Assembly: GCF_963676685.1 (NCBI RefSeq)
Contig: NC_092352.1
Span: 80,786,001-80,850,000 of the forward strand
Reading direction: 5' to 3'
Length of the DNA: 64,000 nt
From: Mytilus edulis
Taxonomy: Eukaryota
This document shows positions 1 to 12,551 of the stretch, one piece after another. The translations under genes and the position numbers were made by a program. The notes under the pieces are model-generated. The model did no database searches. It had not been told where the DNA came from and saw nothing but the letters and a program-made list of their open reading frames with translations. How positions within the stretch are numbered: the first letter of the stretch is position 1; every line of letters begins with the position of its first letter.

Positions 1-488
1 TAAACAAGTAGCCAGGTAACACTAGTTATTACGATAAACAAGTAGCCAGGTAACACTAGTTATTATGATAAACAAGTAGCCAGGACTAGTTATTATGATA
101 AACAAGTAGCCAGGTAACACTAGTTATTACGATAAACAAGTAGCCAGGTAACACTAGTTATTACGATAAACAAGTAGCCAGGTAACACTAGTTATTACGA
201 TAAACAAGTAGCCAGGTAACACTAGTTATTACGATAAACAAGTAGCCAGGTAACACTAGTTATTACGATAAACAAGTAGCCAGGTAACACTAGTTATTAC
301 GATAAACAAGTAGCCAGGTAACACTAGTTATTATGATAAACAAGTAGCCAGGTAACACTAGTTAACACTAGTTATTACGATAAACAAGTAGCCAGGTAAC
401 ACTAGTTAACACTAGTTATTATGATAAACAAGTAGCCAGGTAACACTAGTTAACACTAGTTATTATGATAAACAAGTAGCCAGGTAAT
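1..488. repeat. 34-bp minisatellite (TAAACAAGTAGCCAGGTAACACTAGTTATTAYGA), ~13 copies, runs off window start; in KMT2 intron
   Basis: Direct tandem units with period 34; later units carry an internal TAACACTAGT duplication. Confidence 0.95.
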
Positions 489-497
489 ATAAAAAAC

Positions 498-526
498 AAG
501 ATGTGGTATGATTGCCAATGAGACAC
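498..526 (+). repeat. Fragment of an abundant interspersed repeat (AAGATGTGGTATGATTGCCAATGAGACA)
   Basis: Recurs at ~6675, ~9752, ~50905 and inverted at ~32385 and ~62305. Confidence 0.75.
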
Positions 527-792
527 ACTAGTTATTATGCATCAATTCTTTGTAATATCCAGAAATCAATTATAAATTGCTCTTTTATTCTGGTATTTTC
601 AATATTATTTTTCTAGCAAGAAAATATTTTTTTAAATGAAAATATTTTAAAATCTGAATATTTTACCTTTTATTTTTCAATTTCAAAATTGGCAATATTT
701 GAGATAAATTGACCCTTCATTAACCCTTTCCTTTGGTTTTACCAGGAATCTCAATGCAGTTTAATATAACAATGTCTTCTTATTATTTTCAG

Positions 793-922
793 TATGATCC
801 GAGGGCAGGAAGAGGGGACTTATGCTTTAAGGATCAGTTCTCTAATTTTACACAGTGTAGGACAATTACTACCACATCAAATAGCAACAGGGAAATTTCA
901 TACCAGAGATTTTATATACCCT
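793..922 (+). CDS. KMT2C/D: KMT2C/D-like histone H3K4 methyltransferase, internal exon (FYRN N-part); upstream exons outside the window
   Basis: ttcag|...|gtaag; frame gives MIRGQEEGTYALRISSLILHSVGQLLPHQIATGKFHTRDFIYP, resembling KMT2C RVGSLIFHTIGQLLPQQ...LFP; joins in phase 0 to the next exon; not in the ORF track frame. Confidence 0.9.
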
Positions 923-1676
923 GTAAGTGTACTGCAAGGAATGTTAATGAATGAAGGACAAAAAAAATAGTTTTTAGCCAATGTGCATAACACAAAGTAT
1001 ATACTGAGCTTTAAATCAGAAAACACATGAAATAAAAATTGCTAATACGTTGCAAGAAAATAAGATTGAGAATGGAAATGGGGAATGTGTCAGAGACAAC
1101 CAGCTGGCCAAGAGAAAAAGGCTTAAGGCAACCAATGGGTGTTCAACACAGCGAGAAAATACTGCACCTGGAGGCTGAAATTTAGCTGGCCAATAGCAAA
1201 ATGTAACTAGTTCAATGAAAAAATTTATTTTAAACAACTCAATAAGTTAATTCCATGTTTTGTTGAATTTATGTTGCAACTCACGGACAATTCTGACATA
1301 ATTTAAGTGGTCAACAAAATATACATTTTTTGCATTAGGGGGGAAATGGAAGATACCTAAGGATTATTAAAGCTCACCATGCTCACAGGTTGAAAACAAA
1401 CTGATGCTGTTGGTAAAAATGAAAATTACCAAAAGACAGACAAACAGTTTACGAAACAAAACATAGAAAATTATATAAAAACTGCAATATGAATCCTACA
1501 AAACTAATTCTTTACAGCATTATAAATCTTTGTTATAACAGATTGATTTTAAATCTTAATTAAATGATTTTCAGATGAAGTGTCATGAATTCTGCCAAAT
1601 TTTCGTTCACTTTGCCTTACTATTATATAAAAATTTAAAATGATTTTTAAAACCATTGTTATCTTTGTAATGACAG

Positions 1677-1976
1677 GTTGGTTTTAAATCTAGTCGATTT
1701 TATTGGAGTATGAGGAGGTTATATAAACGGTGTCGGTACGTCTGCAGTATTAGTGACAATGATGGTCGACCTGAATTCATGATTTGTGTAGTGGAAGCAG
1801 GCTTCGAGGATATTGTTATGAAAGACAGTTCACCACGTTCTGTGTGGTTTAAAGTGCTAGAACCGTTAGATAAAATGCGAAGAAATGCAGACTTAGTGAA
1901 AATATTTCCCAGTTTTATGACGGGAGAGGAATTGTTTGGTTTAACAGAACCAGCTATTATCAGGGTGATTGAATCT
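1677..1976 (+). CDS. KMT2C/D: KMT2C/D-like exon (FYRN end and FYRC)
   Basis: gacag|GTT...TCT|gtaag, 300 bp; VGFKSSRFYWSMRRLYKRCRYVCSI...GEELFGLTEPAIIRVIES. Confidence 0.95.
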
Positions 1977-2574
1977 GTAAGTTTATCTTTAAAAAAAATT
2001 TCATCTCATGAATGGACATTTATGTCGATGTGACAGCAACCCATAAAACAAAACAAAATTAAAAGAAAAAGTTTGATTATCTTTCTTTTACCGTCTTCTA
2101 TTCGTAGTATGTACAGCCACAAATTTCCCTAATTAAATAAAAAGTGAATAGTTGAACAGAGGATACAAAATCTGCCATTAACTCAAATTGAAAAGATTTC
2201 TATATCTTGACACTCAAATTAAAGTTTAATGGAGTTATTCCACTCATAAGTCACAATTATAGAAATCATGAGATTGCTTTTGTTCTTCTAATATTGATAC
2301 ATTTATTAAGCTCAAATTATATTTGTTCTTACCGTAAAAGTTGTTAAAAGTATGTCTTTGATCACCCTCTCTGAACGAAGGTTTACACGTAATGGCTATG
2401 ATTAAAAATTTGAAGCATTTTCATCAGGATTAAAGAATCAGAGCTTCCAGAAATTTTGTATTCTCTACTGTGTGGTGTGTTTGAATTGCGGGCAAGAGGA
2501 ATTTTATGGTTATGTATATCTTAACAGAAACCTATACATTTTGCAATAATCAAATGAATTATATTATTTTACAG

Positions 2575-2705
2575 CTACCTGGAACTGATCTCTTATTAGA
2601 CTACGCTTTTAAATATGGCCGCTGTGAATTGATTGAAATGCCATTAACAATCAATCCATCAGGCTGCGCTAGAACAGAACCAAAACTTAGAACTCATTTT
2701 AGAAA
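2575..2705 (+). CDS. KMT2C/D: KMT2C/D-like exon (FYRC end and WDR5-interaction Win motif GCART)
   Basis: tacag|...|gtaag; LPGTDLLLDYAFKYGRCELIEMPLTINPSGCARTEPKLRTHFR; phase 2 matches the next exon. Confidence 0.95.
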
Positions 2706-2817
2706 GTAAGTATGACATATGTAGTGTTATTATAGTCATATACTCTTGGTCAATGTATCAAACATTTTAATGTTATATTGTCCCATTAAATAAATACATA
2801 GCTATTGTTCAATGAGA

Positions 2818-3153
2818 CATTCTAATGCAACAACGTTTGTAACGTTCATTTTGATTGGATAACGTCACTTTCTTACATGGCATCAATTGACAATTGATGC
2901 TATGGGACGTACGCGCAATCGCAGACGACATATGACAGATTTTAAATACATGTTTTAACGTTGTTTTCTGTCCGTTTCATTAGAATGGAGATAACAATAT
3001 TGTATTATAAGCTCCGACGGCATCAATTGGGGATTTGATGGTCGCAAATACCCATTTACTGTCTCCGCTTACGCGTCGCCAGTAAACTTAATTTGCGACC
3101 ATCAAATCCCCAATTGATGCCGTCGGAGCTTAAAATACAATACAGTTATCTCC
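2818..3153. mobile_element. Non-autonomous element with a ~167-bp terminal hairpin (2987-3153) and a short internal inverted repeat
   Basis: Near-perfect palindrome GGAGATAAC...GTTATCTCC; CATTCTAATG (2818) is inverted at CATTAGAATG (2978). Confidence 0.65.
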
Positions 3154-3269
3154 TAAATAGAACAGACAAAAGTGTAATTACATTGACCAAGAGAAGATCT
3201 AGATGACTTTGGAACTGTTTCATTTGGTTAAGCAAAATTCTGTCTATGTAAATTTCTATTGATTCATTA

Positions 3270-4126
3270 TTATACCCCCGCTTTAAAAAAGGGGGGGTAT
3301 ACTGTTTTACCTCTGTCTGCCGTCCGTCAGTCCGTCCATCAGTCCGTCCATCAGTCCGTCAGTCCGTCAGTCCGTCAGTCCGTCCGTCAGTCAGTCCATC
3401 CCATGAAACTTTCGTCTCATTTTTCTCAGGAACTACACATCCACCCTTTCTGTAATTTGGTATCAACATTTATATATGTTAGCTATACCGTGTGATGCGT
3501 TTTCAGATTCATCACTTGACAACTTCCTGTTTACCGAACACTTGTATGATTTTACACATGATAGCCAAGTTGAAAATTTTCGTCACATTTTTCTCAGGAA
3601 CTACACATCCACCCTTTCTGTAATTTGGTATCAACATTTATATATGTTAGCCATACCGTGTGATGCGTTTTCAGATTCATCACTTGACAACTTCCTGTTT
3701 ACCGAACACTTGTATGATTTTACACATGATAGCCAAGTTGAAAATTTTCGTCACATTTTTCTCAGCAACTACAATACAAGGATTTCTGAAATTTGGTTTC
3801 AGGATTTATATAAGTCAGCTATACCGTGTGATGCGTTTTCAGATTCATCACTCGACAACTTCCTGTTTACCGAACACTTGTATGATTTTACACATGATAG
3901 CCAAGTTGAAAATTTTCGTCACATTTTTCTCAGGAACTACAATACAAGGATTTCTGAAATTTGGTTTCAGGATTTATATAAGTCAGCTATACCGTGTGAT
4001 GCGTTTTCAGATTCATCACTTGACAACTTCCTGTTTACTGAACACTTGCATATTTTTACACTATTAATATTATCCACTTGCGGCGGGGGTATCATCAGTG
4101 AGCAGTAGCTCGCAGTTTCACTTGTT
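3270..4126 (+). mobile_element. Non-autonomous Helentron/DINE-1/pearl-like element carrying ~4 copies of a 168-bp repeat
   Basis: 5' subTIR ATACCCCCGC with adjacent inverted copy, (GTCC/CAGT)n microsatellite, 168-bp units (3413, 3581, 3749, 3917), 3' GCGGGGGTAT then hairpin GTGAGC-AGTA-GCTCGC, T-rich flanks. Confidence 0.85.
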
Positions 4127-4211
4127 ATTCATGCATTTTGTGGACAGAAGAAAACCACTTTTAAATTTCCACAAGTACAAATTTTCTATGGGATTGTATG
4201 CAGACATCAAC

Positions 4212-4520
4212 AAAAACATGGAATCTTACAACCACAAAAACATAGAATCTTACATCCACAAAAACATGGAATCTTACAACCACAAAAACATGGAATCTTA
4301 CATCCACAAATACACGGAATCTTACATCCACAAAAATATGGAATCTTACATCCACCAAAACACGGAATCTTACATCCACAAAAACATGGAATCTTACATC
4401 CACAAATACACGGAATCTTACATCCACAAAAACACGGAATCTTACATCCACAAAAACACGGAATCTTGCATCCACAAAAACACGGAATCTTGCATCCACA
4501 AAAACACGGAATCTTGCAAA
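4212..4520. repeat. 24-bp minisatellite (AAAAACAYGGAATCTTACATCCAC), ~13 copies
   Basis: Period 24; explains the repetitive ORFs on both strands. Confidence 0.95.
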
Positions 4521-5065
4521 AATACAATTTATCCTCAATCCACTGAAATTGGTACCCATAAGAATTGATGAATTCAATGTATAGTGTGTGGCAGTGATTC
4601 TGTTGGTGTCTTTTCCTGTCACCTGCATCACTTATTTAATCTGTTGCTCTTTTTATTTGATTTAAGTGGTTTTGAGATTTCCCATACTTAACATACTAGA
4701 CCATAAACTACTACATTTCTGCTTTAATATAACAGTGGGTTAATCTGCAGCTGTGTGAAACAATGTTGATGTCACCAAACTTGCACAGATTCTTATTATT
4801 ATTACAATTGTGACAGAATAGGTATCACAAAAAAGTAAAAAAAGTTGTATTTCAAATTTTAATATTATTATTCATAAGGAGCTTATACTGAAGTAGGAAT
4901 AATAAATCTGTAATTTTTCTTCATTGTTCAAAAATCAAAATTTTAATGCATGCAAAAATTTGTGATTTTATTATATTTCAGAATCATGTGTATTCGTTGT
5001 TTGTATTATTTAAGCTCTAACATTTTTGTGTGCCCATGTCTTCAATAATAAATTTCCATTTTCAG

Positions 5066-5243
5066 AATGCATACATTACAATCCAGCCATACATCACGGT
5101 CACTCCCTGCCATGGTAACAGGGGTGACCGGAGACATTAATTCTCCATACATGAAACAGTTTGTCCATTCCAAATCTCAGCAGTATAGAAGGTTAAAGAC
5201 AGAATGGAAAATTAATGTCTTTCTAGGCAGATCTAGAATTCAG
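5066..5243 (+). CDS. KMT2C/D: KMT2C/D-like exon (pre-SET region)
   Basis: ttcag|...CAG|gttag; MHTLQSS...PYMKQFVHSKSQQYRRLKTEWKINVFLGRSRIQ. Confidence 0.95.
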
Positions 5244-5523
5244 GTTAGAATTAATTAATTGTTAACTACACAATTGCTGGAACAAAGACATAAAAGATCC
5301 CATTAGGTTTTGTATGCAGTATACAACAAGTTATGCTTTAGTTTTTCTGAAATCAGATGTAGATTGCAGTCAGGGATTCATTAATCAATAACATAAAAAG
5401 GGGAATAACTTATTTGATTCAGAAAAAAGCTAAGAACCAAATTCTGGCTGTCGAAAAAAGAAAAGGATTAGCTCATCTCACTGCCCCCTAAAATTGTTTT
5501 AAGTGATAGGATATTTGTATTAA

Positions 5524-5712
5524 GGGCTATTCCAGAAAAAAATGTATGGGGGGGTTGGAAGGCACGTTGTATTAATAATACATGGGTGATGAGTATCCGA
5601 GCAACTTTTCACACTATAATGCACTATGATTCTCAATTACAATTGTCTGGGTGGCGGGTGCTGACAAAAACTGCCTTCCAACCCCCCCATACATTTTTTT
5701 CTGGAATAGTCC
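5524..5712. mobile_element. MITE with GGGCTATTCCAGAAAAAAATGTATGGGGG TIRs and TWA TSD (PIF/Harbinger- or Zator-like), copy 1
   Basis: ~40-bp TIRs; TAA on both sides; near-identical copies at 9008 and 10460. Confidence 0.9.
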
Positions 5713-6506
5713 TAATACAAAACTGATATATGTTTAGATATATTACAAATTATTTCAGAGTTATTTCCCTTAGTACAATAGAATTCAAATATTTGATACA
5801 TGCTTACATAAACTTGTATGATGAAAGTAATAGTCCAAGGAGGAAATAAAAAACAGACAGCAACACTGTCAACATACAATGTATATTTGTTCCACCTAAC
5901 AGAAGTTCCAAAGGAAACTTAGTTATGAACAAATATAATATACCATCTATTCCGTTTGGAACATATGCTGTCATTTTCCTTTCAGTGGAAATAATATTCT
6001 AGAATATTTTTTTCCATTTCAATCTTCTATTTTGTGAGAACACTAATATTTAATAGAAGATAGACAAATATCAGTCCACAAAACACTTCATAGAAAAATA
6101 ATGATTGGGGAACATGAGTGCTACTGAAAAAACGAGGTGGTTATATAAAGTGATCCGAAATGTAAGCATTCCTTACTCTCTAAATATGGTGACATGTTTC
6201 CTGCAGATCCTGTGAACTTGCAAGTTTAAAACAAGCTAAGTGTGTCAGTCAAGTACAAAGAATGGTTCATACTCATATCGATTTAAATTGTTTTGCCCTG
6301 ATCATGCTGATTGTGCATATAATAGCTACTGTACATTAAACATCAGTACATTAAATCGAATTATGTAATAACCTTATATTAATATGATATATGTTTTTGT
6401 ACAGGGACTAGGGTTAATTGTTGTTTATATTAATAAGTTATATGTTTTTGTACAGGGACTAGGGTTAATTGTTGTTTATATTGATATAATATATGTTTTT
6501 GTACAG

Positions 6507-6623
6507 GGACTAGGGTTATTTGCTGCCCGTGATCTAGAGAAACATACCATGGTGATAGAATATATAGGCTATCTTATACGGAATGAAGTAGCTAACAGAT
6601 TGGAAGTAGTTTATGATGAACAG
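6507..6623 (+). CDS. KMT2C/D: KMT2C/D-like exon (SET domain N-part)
   Basis: tacag|...CAG|gtact; GLGLFAARDLEKHTMVIEYIGYLIRNEVANRLEVVYDEQ; two further in-frame acceptor copies lie upstream (see findings). Confidence 0.93.
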
Positions 6624-6737
6624 GTACTGTATTTAAGTCTTAAAATGAGTTAAAATCTAAAGTATAGAAATCAGAAGATGTGGTATGATTTCCAATTAGA
6701 CAACTCTCCACAAGAGTCTAAATGGCTATTTAAATAG

Positions 6738-8005
6738 CAGTGGTCTCGTTGGCCCAAAATAGAAGGGCGCCACACCCTGGGTGCCCTAAGCCTCGCCCTG
6801 TGTGCCCTCAGCCGCGCCCTTCTGCCCTGACGCTGTTTTCTGACCCTTTTCTGAAAAACCCTTGTGCCGTTTTGGTAAAATTGCCTTTTGTTTCATCAAT
6901 TTCTTATCAGAAGTTAAATTACATATATGACACCTGGTAATTGCCCCGAGGTAACGAGGTTAATCTGAAATTAATCATGTCATTGCAATCAATTATTGTG
7001 GATAAGACTTCAAAGGTGTTAATTACTAGGTAATTTAGTAAGACAATGTACCTTTTTGTCATAAATATGATGAATGTGTCGGCATTTTCTTTTCGATCTC
7101 CAAGTCACAATGGAAGAGTGTATGAATGAAGACTTTCATGAATTTAGAATTGAATTGAAGTAATCAACTTTTGCCTTCACAGAAACATCGTCCATCTCAT
7201 CTTTGTGAGCGACAAGCAGATGTAAACATGTTGAAATTAATTTTGGAGTTACTTCCCCTGAAAAAGCTTATTACAAAATTGTGTTCTAAAATATTATTTA
7301 GCTCTAAAAATAGGAAAAAATAACCAATTGAATACAAAATTATATAAGAATGTTACCGTAAGGATACTAACTGTCTTTGGACATACCAAAAAAAATATAT
7401 TGGAATTTATTTTTTATAATCATACTTTTGGCAATCCATGTTTTATACATTCTCAATTAAGAAATATGTATAACTTAATTGTTTGAAGGGTGTCAAGCTA
7501 TCAACTTACAAAAATGGAAGTGTGTAGTTAAACTCTCATCACAAATCAACATGATGAAGCTACACTAAATAATATATTCCCAAACACAAACAATAAAAAA
7601 AGTTCTGAGGGCCAAGCTCTAGACGAAAATTTTGAAATACAACTATTCTGTCATGTACATGTATGGTAAACTATGAGATGTTTAGTTTATGTTCTTTCTT
7701 TTTGGAAGGAGAGGGGGTGGGGGAGAATAGTAAGTTTATTTTGCCTCTTTTGGTTAATAGTATGAATGTGTATTGACATTGTTATATGAACATGTAGTAT
7801 GAATGACTTTTCTTATGCAAATTTTATAGAATAAATAATCATAACAACAACTTATGCATCTTTATTGACAATATATACAGTAAAAAAATATGTGATACAC
7901 GCAGGGACGTAGACAAAAGAAATGAGCAGTGCCTTCTCCTACCATAAAAAAGTGCCCTGCCCTCCACTGGCACCCTGCCCCTTTTGAATTCTAGCTGGAG
8001 CACTG
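6738..8005. mobile_element. Non-autonomous hAT-like element with CAGTG...CACTG ends and 5-bp TSD
   Basis: AATAG on both sides; GTGCCC/TGCCCT subterminal repeats at both ends; no ORF. Confidence 0.7.
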
Positions 8006-8586
8006 AATAGGAATTTGGAAATATGTCTTTATGTAAGATTAATAGGGGGAAAAATGGTCATACTGTACAAAAAATTCTTCAACCTATTTTCAGTGTTTTA
8101 GAACATAGTTATTCTTTTTATTGAAATGTTGACTCTCTTACAACTAAAAACTACATTTTTCCATTAACATCATAAGGGTAAATTTTGAAATACTGCTTTT
8201 GATTCCCAATAAACTTATTATGTATTGCTGTTTAAGCCGGGTAATAAGATTTAAATAATTATAAAAGTAGTTCCTAGACAAATCTAGGTTTAAGAAGATA
8301 ACCATCCTTTTGACATATTGAATATTTTTAGTTAATTTTATAGTCTGTGTTGAAGGGTTATATTCCTTTTAAGATTTTGAATTATCAACAAGACTCTAAA
8401 AAAATTCAAGCAGAAAACAGACATCATTAAAAAAACAAAAAAGCACATGTCAGAAATAGCATGCTTTTTTTTACTTTTTCTCTAGACAGATTTGCAAAGA
8501 TGTTATTTTCTAATCTGAAGAAAATCATGCAATTGAATACATAAACAAGTATGAAAACTAATTAATAACTTATTCAAATTTTGTAG

Positions 8587-8769
8587 AATCGTGGTGTATA
8601 TATGTTCCGTATAGACTCTGATATTGTTGTGGATGCTACCATGGCTGGAGGACCTGCTCGGTATATTAATCATTCATGTGATCCTAATTGTGTGGCTGAA
8701 GTCGTTCCATTCGACAAAGAAAGTAAAATTATAATTATAACAAATCGGAGGATACCTAAAGGAGAGGAG
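8587..8769 (+). CDS. KMT2C/D: KMT2C/D-like exon (SET core)
   Basis: tgtag|...GAG|gttag; NRGVYMFRIDSDIVVDATMAGGPARYINHSCDPNC...IPKGEE. Confidence 0.96.
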
Positions 8770-8969
8770 GTTAGTATTGACAATTAGGTTGAGAGAATAT
8801 GTGTTCACAATTAGGTTGAGAGAATATGCCGTGTATTTCTGGTTAGTGTCTGGGAAAATTCCATGGTATAAATCTAACTTACTGCATATTCTACACATTT
8901 TGGTGTACTACCATTGGAAAAAAACGATTTTTTTATATTAATTTTCAAACTTCTTGCACCTTATCGAAA

Positions 8970-9385
8970 AATTAAGGATTTTCTTATTCCAGGCATAGAT
9001 TACCTTAGGGCTATTCTAGAAAAAAACGTATGGGGGGGGGGGGGGTTGGAAGGCACATTGTATTAATAGTATTAATAATACATGGGTGATGGGTATCAGA
9101 GCAACTTTTCACACTATAATGCACTATAATTCTCAATTACAATTGTCTGGGTGACGGGTGCTGACAAAAACTGCCTTCCAACCCCAACCCCCTACATTTT
9201 TTTCTGGAATAGCCCTTAGCTGTATTTGGCACCACTTTTTGGAATTTTGGATCCACAATGTTCTTCAACTTTGTACTTGTTTGGCTTTATATAAATATTT
9301 TGATATGAGCGTCACTGATGAGTCTTATGTATACGAAACACGCATCTGGCGTTCTAAATTATAATCCTGGTACCTTTGATAACTA
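8970..9385 (+). mobile_element. Retrozyme-like interspersed repeat with a minimal type I hammerhead at 9307-9354 (degenerate)
   Basis: GAGCGTCA-CTGATGA-GTCTTATGTATAC-GAAA-CACGCATC-TGGCGTTC; stem I 8 bp; mismatches in stems II and III; related copies at ~17706 and ~20180. Confidence 0.75.
9008..9215. mobile_element. Same TWA-TSD MITE, copy 2, nested in a retrozyme-like repeat
   Basis: TTA TSD; the empty-site sequence GATTACCTTAGCTGTATTTGGC is seen intact (reverse complement) at ~17868-17889. Confidence 0.9.
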
Positions 9386-9980
9386 TTGTCATGCCTAAGT
9401 TTGAATAACAATTATGTGGGTATACATCATTGAGGATACAACCCTGTTCCTGAAAAAATCAGAGAGGACATCTACAAGGCAATTTACAATTTTTAACAAT
9501 GTACGAGTGTTAGGATATATCAGATATACATAACATTTTTATCCTTAAATGGACGCACAAATACTGATTTTATGTTTTTCATATAATTCAAATTTGGTAT
9601 TTCATAAGCAATGTTAAAACAAAAGAAACAAAAACTTAATTCAAACAAATCTCATATAGAGGCTTAAATCACAGACTCTGTCTGGGTGCAAGTTTTAAGA
9701 ATGAAGGGTTTGCAAACATCATAAAATATGTGCTGCAGATATGTAATAAAGAAGATGTGGTATGATTGCCAATGAGACAACTCTCAACAATAGACCAAAT
9801 GACACAGAAATTATAGGTCACCATACCACAATGCTTTTAAACCAAATAAAACTACCAAAAAAATGTTTTTTGATTCTTTAATTATGATGTGTTCAACAAT
9901 TCAAGAGACATACTAAAAAAATGAATAACTTTATAAAGTTTATTAAATATATCATTTGATCTTTTTGTTTCTTTTTTCAG

Positions 9981-10073
9981 CTTACATATGATTATAAATT
10001 TGACTTTGAAGATGAACAACATAAAATTCCTTGTTGTTGTGGTGCTAAACGATGTCGAAAATGGATGAACTAA
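9981..10073 (+). CDS. KMT2C/D: KMT2C/D-like terminal coding exon (SET end and post-SET)
   Basis: tttcag|[33 protein letters not shown]; the KWMN ending is typical of KMT2C/D/trr. Confidence 0.96.
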   Translation, partial: LTYDYKFDFEDEQHKIPCCCGAKRCRKWMN

Positions 10074-10459
10074 AATTTTCACCAAGGATGATAATTGCAT
10101 TATGGGAATAGTCTTGAAAACTTTCAAGTATTTATGTGAATTATTTAAAGAATTATTCAATTAGTCAATTTACAAAATGAAGTTTTACTTCTAAGAACAA
10201 ATATTGACTTCAGTGACAACTATTCATAAGGGATTATAATTATAACCAGAAAAGTGAGAAACAGATCTTCGAATAGTCAGGCGTACAAACAATTATAGAG
10301 TGAAGAAAAATAGAGTGTAAAGAAATAATGAATTGTGGCAAATATATTTATATGAAATACTTTTTATATATGAATTTGTAGGATGAAGGAAAAACCTAAA
10401 ATTGGATTTAGATGTCAATTGTTAGTTTAATAATATTATGTCTTGATAAATATATGTAA

Positions 10460-10649
10460 GGGCTATTCCAGAAAAAAATGTATGGGGGTGTTGGAAGGCA
10501 GTTTTTGTCAGCACCAGCCACCCAGACAATTGTAATTGAGACTTGTAGTGCATTATAGTGTTAAAAGTTGCTCAGATACCCATCGCCCATGTATTATTTA
10601 TATAATGTGCCTTCCAACCCCCCCCATACATTTTTTTCTGGAATAGCCC
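10460..10649. mobile_element. Same TWA-TSD MITE, copy 3, opposite orientation, downstream of the KMT2 stop codon
   Basis: TAA TSD, same TIRs, interior inverted relative to copies 1 and 2. Confidence 0.9.
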
Positions 10650-12379
10650 TAAGAGGAAAGAAAAAATATGTAGAAGGGAAGGAAAAACAAAATTGAAAAC
10701 TGAAATAAGGCCAAGTTTTTTTTATACTCATGTCAGAGAAGGACTGCCACATAGTTTGTGTCTATGCATTTTACAACAGACTGTTTGATGCTAATGGTCT
10801 AGTAGATTTTGGTATTTCTAGAATATCATATTGTTTTCCATAAAATAACAGACAATAGTTCTTCTTTTTAGTTCAATGTTAGATAAATATATATTGACCA
10901 TGCATGTATAATACATGCAATATTTAGATACATAAAAGATGTTCCAATAAATGGTGATAACTTTAATTTTATTCAACACTTTGCTTTTATAAAATAGAAA
11001 TAAAGGTATCACTGTACAATATTATATGAAACTGCTAAAAAGATATAGATCTAAAAATATTGGAGAAAGAAAATGAATTTTTTACTTTTTATTTTTTCAC
11101 TATTGCCAAAATTTATTAAGGGGGTCTACAGAATTATAAAAGTACAGCTAAAAAAAACTATGGTAAAGCTGGTTATTAGAATTGTTAAGTTGTTATATCT
11201 TGATAAATATGTTTTTCAATTTAAAATATCTGGTAGAATTTTACATCTGGCTTAGACAATTAGATATTATTCTGAAAAGGGTCCAATAATTTTTTATAAC
11301 TTGATAATTAGAAAGAACATTTTATCTGGGAATAAGTTGAATCTAGTTTTATAGATTTGATCTTCTTTCTTAAGATGGAGGAAATTATGAACTAACTGTT
11401 CTTCAGTCTTTACTTGTAAACTTTACGACCTTGAACTTACAGACGAATTGATAGCAATAATGTCATATTTTCCATCGACTCAGATATAAATCACATTACA
11501 GCATTAATATTCATTTGAATTTAGCCCATCGTTGTAGTTAAATCAGTAGAGGCATTTTTGACCTAGATACCACGGTTCATTGAACATTAACTAATCCATT
11601 CATAAAAGTGCATGAGTTATATGATGTATATATAGAGAGGATCTCATAGAATAAGATGACATTAACCATTTTAAGATACAGAATAAAATGTGTTGGTTAA
11701 AGATGTTCATGTTGAAATCCACATCAAATAACTTTCAGTTTGATCCAAAAAAGAGAAAATTTCCATGTCACAAATTTTCCATAATTATTGAATTTTAGAT
11801 TAGAATGGTCATTTTTGTACGTTTTTTCTTTTTCATCTGATTGCAGTGTGAGTGTTTGAAATATATAAGATTAAGGCCAGTGGTTGAAAAAGATCATTTA
11901 TATTATTTTCAAATATGCAGTTTTCATTTCTTAATGTTAAGATGAAAACATTGTGTGGATTGTGGAATATCATAGCAAGACATTTATCACAGAATGTTCT
12001 GTCCATTCTTTATTTATTAAGGCTACATACCAGTGCTTTATAAAATGTCAAACTTTTTAATAGAGATAATTCTTTGTTTCTCTTTTCTTCGGTGTTCTCT
12101 TTATTGTCAATTTTGTTTTTGATGTGTAAATTAGAACTACTCCTAACTTATGTGAGACTAAGTGAGGATTTTTTTTAATTATATATTTGTTTTACATATT
12201 TGTGCAATTAAAGATTGTTTGTGAACCTATTAATCAGATTAATTTTTGTTTAGATATTTCTTTATATTTTGTGGTTTGAACTTTGAACTTATATTGAGTG
12301 TGTGTTTCATATCAGTTTCTGTAGGTTGTACTGTTGCATTTTAAATGAACCAACAAAATATATGATGTCTGTTTAATAA

Positions 12380-12551
12380 GGGTGATTCCATTATAATGAA
12401 TGTGTGAGGTTAGGATGGGAAGATTTATTTTTGGACAGTTCCATTATTTTTGAAGGTTTATATTACAATTTACTAAAATGAGAGTGAATTGGCTGTATAG
12501 AGGATTTCACTCCCATTTTACTCTCCCACATTCTTGTTAATGGAATAACCC
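12380..12551. mobile_element. Older diverged TWA-TSD MITE
   Basis: TAA|GGGTGATTCCATTATAA ... TTGTTAATGGAATAACCC|TAA. Confidence 0.65.

Noticed and set aside
733-954. 73-aa ORF in the track
   Set aside because: Wrong frame; the real KMT2 exon 793-922 is read in another frame
3259-4631. ORFs of 78-210 aa, including a Cys-rich CGCKIPCF ORF resembling metallothionein
   Set aside because: Products of 168-bp and 24-bp tandem repeats (multiples of 3) inside a KMT2 intron
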